Positions 1 through 10,190 of a stretch of 64,000 bases of DNA are shown in pieces. This stretch comes from the human T2T-CHM13v2.0 reference genome, Homo sapiens. The stretch's first letter is position 1. Each line of letters begins with the position of its first letter. The stretch lies in the NCBI RefSeq assembly GCF_009914755.1, contig NC_060938.1; one strand, 5' to 3'. The notes beneath the pieces are model-generated. The model was not told the DNA's origin. It ran no database searches and was given only the letters and a program-made list of their open reading frames with translations. A program made the position numbers and the translations under genes.

Positions 1-199
1 CTACTTCCACTAACAACCACAGGGCTCTCACCTGGGCACACACTGCCCAACCATAGCCCTTCTAAGGCAGAAGATCATTTGTCTTGCAGTTTCAGCTTGC
101 TAGGGCTTAAAAGTTATCAATGCTGTTATTAAGATAGAGAAGTGAGATCATCAGCACAGGTGACAGCACAGGCCAGGCTGCTGGGGAGGCTGAGGGAGA

Positions 200-1985
200 G
201 TGTCCAGCCTATTCTGCCAGCTGGGCCTTGCCAGGGGTGTCTCGTGACCCAGTCCCTTAGAGAAACATGCAGAAATCTCAGCAAGGAGCTGGAAGGTGCA
301 GATCAGGGCAGCCCAGCACCACTGATGGTGGAGTGGGGCTACCTCCCATCAAGCTGTGTCTCCACAGCTGACCCATGGAGCCAGGAGGTGATTTACAACA
401 TCTGCAAGGCAGTCAGCTCCATCAGCTGTATGCCCTTCAACATTCACTTCAACTCAAATATCCCACCAGAAAGCAGTGGGGACTGGCCAATGCAGCAGCC
501 CTGTAAAGTGGAACAGAGCATCCTGGGGTGGGGAATCTGGGGCCTGCCTGCTCATCTGAGCACTGGTCCTTGGGGGTGTGCTCTGCAGGCTCCCTGAAGG
601 AGGGCTGTGAGCTCATCAGGGAGACCCTGAGCCTGTGTAACATGCCTAAGGCCATGTCCATGGGGATTTGTGCCTACTTGCACCTCCTTGCTCATCTCAC
701 TACGCTATTGGTGACTGCTGAGGTGGGCTTCGAGCATCCCCTGGGCTGTGTCAGCACAGGGCTCTGGGCCTGGTCTGGCATTAAGGGATGGCAAATAAGG
801 GGCCTGGGTTTGCATTGTCACCTCCTGTAGTTCCAGAAAATGAGGAAGTCCAGACCTGCAGTAATGGAACCCTATCAAAGGGGTTAGGAGGAAGCTCACT
901 TTCCCTCAGGGCCCCATGTGGAGGAGCTGAAGGAGGTTAAGGAGACCCTGGGGACTCATTTGTTCTGTCTGGGCTTCCCCCAGCTCCACCCTTTGATAAC
1001 CATTTTCTGGGAAGAGCTCAGGAAGCTCTTGTGCTATAGTGAGGTGGGGCCTTCCCTCACAGGGTATTGGTGAGGAGGCATTCTGAGACTCTGTGAGTGA
1101 GAAGATAACACAGTGCCTGGGAATACTCATGGGAGCTGTCATCCTCTGTGACTATCATGTGACCTTGTAGTGTTCAGACTGCCTAGCCTTGGGCTTGCTA
1201 AGGCTGTTTTGGGGTCAGCTGCTTTAGATTCCCACTTTCTCTGTATTCAAACAGTGACTGTTTTAGTGTTTGTTTATGGGTTTAAAAAATCCTAATATTT
1301 CATTTATAGTAGTTTCAGCTTGTATGTGTATTTGTATACATTTTATTAGAAGAAAGAGGGCTTAAGGCAACAGCATTTTAAGAAGGTCTTAATGGGGCAT
1401 AGACTTTTATGTCACAACAGCTAATACTGACATCTTTTTCTACCTTTGCATAAAGTATACATAGAAAGTGTAGCCAGAGGTGGTGAGGCTAAGTGTCTAG
1501 AGCTGAGCTGCTTGGGCTTGCTTGCTGGCCTGCAGTCAGGTGGACTCTGGCTGTGAGGCAGTGCCCACCCTGGATCTACATCCCCCACCCCCTCTCCTTA
1601 GTCCCTGAGTAACCAACACAAGGCAGTGCTAATGAGCAGGGGAGTGATGGGCATCAGGAACCCCAATACTATCTGGGAAGATTTGAATGCCATCTGGGCT
1701 AGGGCTGTTGGGGGTAGGGGCTGTGGATGCCTTGGCTTGTCAGGGTGCCACCCACAGATGTGCCTGCCCTGTGCTGCTTCTCCAGCAGCCAGCTGCCTAT
1801 GGCCCTGAGCCTGTCACACCATGCTTGCTACATCATGCTACTTGTGTTTGAAAAACCATCCTGAGATGGTGCTGCTGGATGTGAGTGCTTAAAAGGGGGC
1901 AGCACCTTTGTCCTGGGGGATTAGGAGCTGACCAGATTCCTCCTGACTCCCTCCCAAAACAAGTGGGGCTGGTGCTGCAATCAAT
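200..1985 (+). pseudogene. CLUHP: Unprocessed (duplicated) CLUH pseudogene fragment covering TPR-region exons
   Basis: Exon-like blocks translate to CLUH-like peptides: 368-468 (A)DPWSQEVIYNICKAVSSISCMPFNIHFNSNI (CLUH [31 protein letters not shown]); 589-722 SLKEGCELIRETLSL...AE; 1602-1682 SLSNQHKAVLMSRGVMGIRNPNTI; 1758-1880 ...HPEMVLLD. AG acceptors end at 367, 588, 1601 and 1757; GT donors at 723 and 1881. Frameshifts and deletions present. The 5' boundary is uncertain. Confidence 0.88.
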
Positions 1986-2803
1986 GATGCCCCCCAGAAG
2001 ATGTGTTTGCACTGGCTGAACAAATACATGATGCAGAGGCCTAAATGAAGACACATGAATGGGGTGTGTGGACATCAGTTAGCAGCTGGGAAACAGGTGC
2101 TTCTCAGGACTCTCATTCTTCAGCAAGTGTGGAATGTGCCCATGCCCTTGAGTGTATACATCTGGAGTGTATACATCTGGCTGTTGCTTTTGCTGCCACT
2201 ATCCCCAGGCCCAATCTGGCTTAAAGTGCAGGTTTTAAGTAAAAAAGATAAGAGGATTTTCTGTGTTCTGGGATAGGAAGCCAGGGATCTGTGTAGGGCT
2301 GCGGTTGGGTGCACATTAGTTTTGTGACAGGATGAGAGCTGCAGTGGTTTTATTAATCGTGATAGCCTGGGCTGGTTGTAGCTCCAGGTGAGGGGGAGAG
2401 AGTCAGCAGTGGTGGTCTCAGAGACATCCATGTGCCCAGCCCTGGCCTTCCTGCCCTCAGGCACAGCAAAAGGCACCGCCACAGGCCCCGACTTCCTTCC
2501 CTACTCTCTGCAGCCCAGATGGGAAAACTTGGAGGTTACAATCTGAATATATTTTTCTCCCATTTTAACCTAAGCTGCCTAACACACAGTGGGGGCAGGG
2601 TGGGTGAAGGGCCTGGGGGAAAGCAGGGCTGGATCATGGATCCTGGGAGAAATTTAGAGATACAGAAGTGGTTGTCACCTCTCTGTGGAAACCAGCTCCA
2701 TACCTGGTCCTTGCCACACAGCCCTTTCTACAGAGAATAGCTCTGGGGCATTTGAGGATCCCTATGGCCCTGGGTGGGTTCCTGTCCCCCGCTGTCTGTG
2801 CTG

Positions 2804-2939
2804 CTTCCCTTGCCTGCTGTCAGAGCCCAACATGGAGGAGGAGGTTGCCACCCTGAGAGCCTGAGGGAGCTCTTCCCTTGCCTGCTGGTAGAGCCCAACA
2901 TGGAGGAGGAAGTTGCCGCCCTGAGAGCCTGAGGGAGCT
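2804..2939. repeat. 68-bp direct tandem duplication (2 copies)
   Basis: cttcccttgcctgctg..agagcccaacatggaggagga..ctgagagcctgagggagct starts at 2804 and again at 2872. Confidence 0.9.
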
Positions 2940-4537
2940 GTGTCTGACTGGGGCTTCTGCCTGGGGGTTTGCAAAGAGCTACTTATGAATATAGTCTCTC
3001 CAGATTCCTTGCTTCAAAGGAAGTGAGCATGAGCTAGCAAGTGTAGCAACCCCACAGCTGATAAACAACTTTGTCTTGGTTTTAAACCATCACATCTTCA
3101 TTTCACATTGGAATAAAGTAAGTGAAACCTGCTACCCCAGCCTTGCCCATGTGTTCTGTAACCCAGTCTCCTTTGGTTGTGAGGGCTGTTGTCAGAAATG
3201 TTATAAGAAAAGATTATGCATAAATTAAATCAAATGTAAAATTATGCTTATAATGTCACTTGAGTGAAAGGTAAGAGGGTAGAGTCACAGGCACTCAGCT
3301 GGGGTTTGCCCACCCATCACTTACCACGCTCATGAGAGTGTGGCACGGGTGAATGTCACCTGACATTGGTGACAGAAGAGAAAAGGCCGGCATGAAGGCC
3401 AGGTAGGGGAGAGGTGCCAGGCTGTGGGTCCAGGCCCTGGGCATGCTGGACCTGTGAGGTCACTGAACATCTAACTGCCCAGGCACTGGCCCTTTTTACA
3501 TCAGTTGAGGTAAGAGGATGGGGGAGCACTCTCTGGAAGTCACGCTGCACTGGGAGAATGCAGGAGAGTCTACAACTCACCATCCTAGTGTAGGTTTTAG
3601 AGTGAGATGGACTGTCTTGGAGAGCTAATGAGATGGGAGGAAAGCAGTCCCCCAGGTGCATCTGAGGGCCACAGTCTATGAAGTAAGCAGTGTGTGTGGG
3701 AGTGGGCTGTCCCTGTGAGAGGAGAAGTTTAAAGCTATTACAGCTGGTGGCTGCTGCTCAGCCATCCCTCTGCAGAGCAGGCAGGTCCTCAGCTGCATGT
3801 ATATCTGAATGTCTTTTGGAGTGTTTAGAGGGTCCTCTATGTCTTAGAAATTTTGAAAAGAAAAACAAATTTCAATTCTAATGTTTATTAGTTTCCCTGA
3901 GCCAATTGGAAAAAAATGTCCTTCACCTCGAAGTTTTAAGTGACACCCAAGGGTAGCAACCAGTGTCTCAGCCACTGAAACCTTGTGCATGCTCCCACTA
4001 CCAGTTTGATTTGCAGCCTCATAGTTGTGTTGTACTAAATATTCTTTCCTCTGGCCTTGTCCAGTGAAAACGGTTCACATGGCTAACACCTCTTCTTTAG
4101 ATACGGGTACCATGTAAAGCTGAGAATGGATTGGGTTTAGTTACTATTGTGCCTCCTCCTCACCCGAGAGGCCCATTTTTCCTGCTTGATTCATTAAGTG
4201 TATTAGTGCTGTCAGTCGCCTTTGGACAACTCAAATGACAAGTGGCTGTTGTTTCATAAAGAAAATGAAGGCTTTAGATGTGAAACCCTCCTTTTCTCTT
4301 CTGCTTCTCTTAGGTGAAAGATTTTATTTTTTTAAAAAGGGTACATAGTGGTATCCCAGCAGGTGTAGTGTGATAACTGGCATGTTCTAGGCTATGGTTT
4401 CAGTGTGTATGGGCAATTCTTCAAGATGGAAAACCAAGTTTCACTGAGTTGCTGGAGCCACACTCACCTTTCTCCACATCCCCCACCATGGGCTTTCACT
4501 TTTCTCCCGGGCTTGAAATTTTCACATCCATATTGTT

Positions 4538-4541
<4 letters not shown>

Positions 4542-4591
<50 letters not shown>
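4542..4591. repeat. (CA)n microsatellite, about 25 units
   Basis: Read directly from sequence. Confidence 0.97.
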
Positions 4592-4592
<1 letters not shown>

Positions 4593-4594
4593 CT

Positions 4595-4860
4595 GCCTGT
4601 CAGTGCAGTGGCTGAACCATGGGTCAGTGCAGCCTCAAACTCTTAGGCTCGAGTGATCCTTTCACATCAGCTTCTCAAATAGCGAGGACTACACTACAGG
4701 CATGCAATGCTACACCCAGCCAATTTTAAATATTTTTTTGTAGAGGCTGAGCCTACTTATGTTGCCCAAACTGGTCTTGAACTCATAGGATCCAGCGATC
4801 ATCCCACTTTGGCCTCCAAAATTGTTTACATTACAAGTGTGAGCTACCAAACTCATCCAA
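4595..4860 (-). mobile_element. Old Alu (AluJ-like), degenerate; a short + strand Alu 3' fragment follows at ~4897-4986
   Basis: Antisense Alu motifs (agtgcagtggc..ctcaaactc..ggcctccaaaatt..ttacaagtgtgagctacc), then ccactgccttccagcctgggc with an A-rich tail. Confidence 0.8.
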
Positions 4861-5703
4861 AAATATTTTTTAAAGAACAGTTACAACCAAATTATGAGTT
4901 ATGATTGTGCCACTGCCTTCCAGCCTGGGCACCAGAGTAAGACCTTGTATCCAAAAACAAAGCAAAACAAAACAAGAACAAAAAACCTTATAACCAAATT
5001 AAACTTCGAAGATCACCGTTAAATATAATGGTTATTGAGAAAACGGTTAAATATTATTAAGGAATTTCTATATCTACTCCAGCTGATAATAGGTATTCTG
5101 ATGTGGTCAAAAAATTTTCTCACTGCTACCTTCAGGGTCTAAACTAGCAAACCAAATCAGGACACCTCCAGAGGACACTTGGCCATTTTCAAATAGAAAA
5201 GAAATACCCCCATTAATGAGAGTAATCCAGTGATTTTCAAAAAGACATGTCAGACTGACATGCAGCACAGTCAGGGCACAATTACCCTGGAATAATCACT
5301 TCACACAGAATGGTTGTGAAGCCTTTCTAAGATGAGCAAATATGGGCAACATCATTCTTGCTTATTTATTCCCAGCCCCCACTGCCCGCCTTATTCTGGC
5401 CTGATTCTGGCCCGCCTGATAATGGCCACCCCATGATGTGGTCAGCAGTGAGGTGCAGCGTGGTGAGAGAGGGGCTCAGGGGTGGGAGGAGGGTCTTTCC
5501 TGCATTATGAAAATGCCTAAAAAGTTGTTAAAAAGATGTCCAAATGTTCTACTTCTTACCCTTAAATAGCTGCTAAGATGCATGACTCAACAGATCCTGG
5601 CAAGGGAAAGAGCATGCGCATTTCAAGTCTCAGCACACTTCTTAATTAGCTGTGATACTCTGGGCATGTGACCCCAACTATTCGAGTCTGTTTGCCTGTC
5701 CAC

Positions 5704-7545
5704 CCAAGACAATCTTAAGCAAAAACAACAAAGCTGGAGGCATCATGCTACCAGACTTCAAAATATACTTCAAGGCTACAGTAACCAAAACACCACGGTA
5801 CTGGTACCAAAACAGATATATAGACCAATGGAACAGAACGAAGACCTCAGAAATAACACCACACATCTACAACCATCTGATCTTCGACAAACCTGACAAA
5901 AGCAAGCAATGGGGAAAGTTTTTCTATTTAACAAATGGTGCTGAAAAAACTGGCTAGCCATATGCAGAAAACAGAAACTGCACCCCTTCCTTACACCTTA
6001 AACATCTCAAGATGGATTAAAGTCTTAAATGTAAAACCCTAAACCATAAAAACCCTAGAAGAAAACCTAGGCAACACCATTCAGGACATAGGCATGAGCA
6101 AAGAATTCATGACTAAAATACCAAAAGCAATTGCAACAAAAGCCAAAATTGACAAATGAGATCTAATTAAAGAGCTTCTTCATAGCAAAAGAAGCTATCA
6201 TCAGAGTGAAAGACAACTTACAGAATGAGAAAATTTTTGCAATCTATCCATCTGACAAAGGTCTAACATCCGGAATCTACAAGGAACTTAAACGAATTCA
6301 CAAGAAAAAAAAAAACATCAAAAAGTGGGCAGAGGATATGAACAGACCCTTCTCAAAAGAAGATATTTGACTGAGTGTGGTGGCTCACACCTGTAATCCC
6401 AGCACTTTGGAACGTGGAGACAGGTGGATCATGAGGTCAGGAATTTTGAGACCAGCCTGGCCAACATGGTGAAATCTCGTCTCTACTGAAAACACAAAAA
6501 ATTAGCCAGGCATATTGGCAGGTGCCTGTAATCCCAGCTTCTCAGGAGGCTGAAGCAGGAGAATCAGTTGAACCCGGGAAGCAGATGTTGCAGTGAGCCA
6601 AGATCCTGCCACTGCATTCCAGCCTGGGTGACAGAGCAAGACTTTGTCTCAAAGAAGAAGAAGAAGGAGAAGAAGAAGGAGAAGAAGGAGAAGAAGAAGG
6701 AGAAGAAGGAGAAGAAGAAGGAGAAGAAGAAGACATTTATGTGGCCAAGAAATATTAAAAAAACTCATCATCACTGGTTATTAGAGAAAGGCAAATCAAA
6801 ACCACAATGAGATACCATCTCACGCCAGTTGGAATGGCAATTATTAAAAAGTCAGGAAACAACAGATGTTGGAGAGGCTGCGGAGAAATAGAAACGTTTT
6901 TACACTGCTGGAGGGAGTGTAAATTAATTCAACCATTGTGGAAGACAGTGTGGTGATTCCTCAAGGATCTACAAGCAGAAATACCATTTGACCCAGCAAT
7001 CCCATTACTGGGTATATATCCAAAGGAATATAAATCATTCTACTATAAAGAAGCATGCACACTTACGTTTATTGCAGCACTGTTTACAATAGCAAAGACT
7101 TGGAACCAACCCAAATGCCCATCAATGATAGAATAGAAAAAGAAAATGTGGCACATATACACCATGGAATACTATGCAGCCATAAAAAAGAATGAGTTCA
7201 TGTCCTTTGCAGGGACGTGAGTGAAGCTGGAAACCATTATCCTCAGCAAACTAACACAGGAAACAGGAAACCAAACACCATATGTTCTCACTCATATGTG
7301 GGAGTTGAACAATGAGAACACATGTACACCGGAAGGAAACATCACACGCTGGGGCCTGTTAGGGGGTTGGGGTCAAGGGGAGGGAGAGCATTAGGACAAA
7401 TATCTAACGCTTGTGGGGCTTAAAACCTAGATGGCAGGTTGATAGGTGCAGAAAACCACCATGGCACATGTAAACCTCTGTAACAAACCTGCACGTTCTG
7501 CACATGTATCCCAAAACTGAAAGAAAAACAAAGAAACAAACAAAA
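5704..7545 (+). mobile_element. 5'-truncated L1PA element (ORF2 3' end and 3'UTR)
   Basis: ORF 5652-5957 gives [39 protein letters not shown] (L1 ORF2); L1PA 3'UTR G-rich tract; A-rich tail ~7515-7545. Confidence 0.95.
6369..6733 (+). mobile_element. AluS inserted in L1PA, with tail converted to a (GAA/GGA)n repeat
   Basis: Full dimeric Alu; TSD aagaagatattt 6357-6368 / aagaagacattt 6727-6738; pure purine tract 6651-6733. Confidence 0.95.
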
Positions 7546-7559
7546 ATGCACTAACGCTC

Positions 7560-7847
7560 AGGGTGAGTGGGGTAGGGGCCGGGGTGAGGCGCGGGTGGGT
7601 GGGTCCGGGCGTTTTATTCAATCAGTGGCGCTTGTGAGGGAACCACCCAATCAGGCTCGCAGTTTGAGAAAGAGGAGGGCGTGGCTTCCTGCGTTTGGCG
7701 GGGCCTTTGTCTCTCGCTGGTGCTGGTGCAGGAGCTTGGGATCCATCTCCTCTTTTGCCTCTTCCACCTTGGGAAATCTAGACAACTCCCTCACAGCCCC
7801 TATTGCCCTGTGATCTGTAGGTCCTTGGGGACGCATAGTTAAGGTGC
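7560..7847 (+). promoter_or_regulatory. KRAB zinc-finger (ZNF91-family-type) promoter and first-exon remnant
   Basis: G-run cluster 7561-7610, CCAAT at 7647-7651, ggcggggcctttgtctctcgctg (~7697-7720) and cagcccctattgccctgtgatctgtaggt resemble the recalled first exon of ZNF91-family genes; no KRAB or C2H2 exons seen downstream. Confidence 0.6.
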
Positions 7848-8194
7848 TGTTACCATGGGGCGGTCCTTGCTCCCAAAGCTCCCAAGATGGTGGCGAGCCA
7901 CTTCCATAATTTTGGCAGGCCACTTCCAAGATGGTGGCAAGCCTCCTGTTCTCTGACCTGGGGCTCTTGGCCTCAAGGATTCCAAGGAATGGAATCTTGA
8001 GCCATGCGGTGAGTGTTACAGCTCTATTAGAAGCTGTGGGTCACGGAAGAGAACCGTGGCACCCAGTGACTAGTGTTCAGCTTGATTAGGATGAACCCAG
8101 GCACTTAGCTGTGCAGGAACAATGGCAAGCCTTTAGCCCTATTGGGAGTGGCAATGGGTTCCTCGCTGGATCAGGAGCACAGCGGACACCTTGC
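7848..8194 (-). mobile_element. HERV-W LTR17 fragment (R/U5 end)
   Basis: Reverse complement ends ..ccaccatcttgggagctttgggagcaaggaccgccccatggtaaca, matching the recalled LTR17 3' end with repeated ccaccatcttgg motifs. Confidence 0.75.
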
Positions 8195-8288
8195 TAGCCA
8201 GGATGGTCTTGATCTCCTGACCTCGTGATCCACCCGCCTCGGCCTCCCAAAGTGCTGGGATTACAGGCGTGAGCCATCGCGCCCAGCC
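8195..8288 (-). mobile_element. Alu left-arm fragment (young, CpG-rich)
   Basis: tagccaggatggtcttgatctcctgacctcgtgatccacccgcctcggcctcccaaagtgctgggattacaggcgtgagccatcgcgcccagcc. Confidence 0.93.
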
Positions 8289-8289
8289 A

Positions 8290-9475
8290 AGAACTGTCTT
8301 CACAACTACTGGTGCTGGGGATATTATGTACCCACATGTAAAAGAATGAACCTGGGCCCTTCACTTATACTGTAAGAAAAAATTAACTAACTGGATCAAA
8401 TACCTAAATGTAAGAGCTAAAACTACAAAATTCTTAGAATAAAATATAGGGAAAACACGTCATAACACTGCATTTGGCAGATTTTTTTAAACAGGACACC
8501 CAAAACACAAGAAACAAAAGAAAAATAGACGAATAGGAATCTATCCAGAATATACAAAGAACAATTCAGGAACAATACAACAAACTACTTGTTTAAAATA
8601 TTGGCAAAAACTTAAGCAGACATTTCGCTAAAAATTATGTAAAGTGGCTAATGAGCACATGAAAAGACGCTCAACAAAACTCATCATTAGTGAAATGCAA
8701 ATCTAACCCCAAGTGACATATCACTTAATACCCATCAACATAGTTACTACCAAAAGAAAAAAAAACAAAACAGAAAATCAGAAGAGTTGGTGAGGACGTG
8801 GAGCAATTAGAATCCTTGTACACTGTTGGTGGAAATGTAAAATGCTACAGCTGCTATAAAATAACAACACAGTAACTAAAAAATTTACACATAAAATCAC
8901 CATACGATCCAGCAATTTCACCTCTGGGTATGCAGCAAAAGATATGAAAGCAAAGACACAAAATAATACACATACACCTAGGTTCATAGCAGCATTACTC
9001 ACATCACCAAAAAGGTGTTTGAATTACTCAAGTGTTGTTTGAATTACCATCAATGATTAATAGATAAAATGTCATTTATACATACAGTGGAATGTTATTC
9101 AGCTACATAAAATAAGGAAATTCTGACACATGGTACGTCATGCATGAACCTTAAAGACATTGTCCAAAGTGACATGAGCCAGTCATAAAAGGACAAATAC
9201 TGAATCATTCCACTTATGAGATACTTAGAGTAGTTAAATTCTAGAAACCCAAACAGAAGAGTGGTTCCTAGGAGCTAGAGGGGGAGTAATAAGGAGCTTA
9301 TTTAATGGGTATAGAGTTTTGTTTCTGCAAGTTGAAAGAAGGTCCCTATGAGTTGTAATGACAGTTGCAAAACAATGTGAAAGTAGTTAATTTTTCTGAG
9401 CTGCACACTTAAAATAGCTAAAATGGTTAATTTTATGTATACTTTACCACAATGTAAAAAATAATTTTTAATTAA
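8290..9475 (+). mobile_element. Old L1M (L1MB-like) 3' portion
   Basis: Degenerate ORF2 end and 3'UTR motifs (cactgttggtggaaatgtaaaatg; aaaggacaaatactg..ccacttatgagatac..tttaatgggtatagagttt). Confidence 0.85.
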
Positions 9476-9671
9476 ACTATAGCTATCTGCAATATCATGA
9501 ATTAATATCATAAATATAATGTTGCATAGAAGAAAGTAGATATAAAAGTATACATATTACACAATCTCACTTATATAAAATCCAAAAAGTGAACACAACT
9601 GAGCTTCTGGCTTCCAGTAATAATGAAGTAAAGTAGTTTGTTGAACACTTCACAGATAACTATAACAAAGC

Positions 9672-10190
9672 TGTTTGGTCACAGGGCTGCAGCACTGCAA
9701 TCCCAGCATGCACCAGGCTCAGGGAGAGTGCGCTAATCACTGGAGGAAGGGACGAGGCTTTGCGCGTCTCGCTGGTCTTGCTGGGAAATGCAGTCTCATA
9801 AACACTCCCAGCCCTTTGGTCACAGGGCTGCAGCACTACAATCCTAGCATGCACCCGGCTCTGGGAAAGTGCGCGTCACTGGAGGAAGAGGCAGGGCTGT
9901 GCGCACCTCCCTAGGATTGTTGGAAGATGCATTCTCATAAACACTCCCAACCCTTTGGTCAAAGGGCTACAGGACTACAATCCCAGCATGCACCAGGTTC
10001 CAGGGCAAGGCGCAGCCCTGGAAGAAGGGGCAGAGTGGTACCCGCCCCACCTAATATGCTGGGAGCTGTAGTCCTTTAACTACTCTCAGCCTGTTTGTCG
10101 GCAAGCTTCAGAGCTATAATCCCAGCATGTACCGGGATCCGGGGTCCATAGCCCTGGAGGGAGGGGCAGAGCGGTGTGGACGTCCCGGTG
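9672..10190. repeat. ACRO1-like satellite, about 4 diverged ~140-bp monomers
   Basis: Units start at ~9674, ~9815, ~9954 and ~10093 (tttggtcacagggctgcagcactacaatcccagcatgcacc..gctgggaaatgcagtctcataaacactcccagccc). Periodicity is seen directly; the ACRO1 name is from recall. Confidence 0.7.

Noticed and set aside
6542-6810. Poly-Ser and poly-Lys/Glu ORFs
   Set aside because: Translations of the Alu and its GAA tail.
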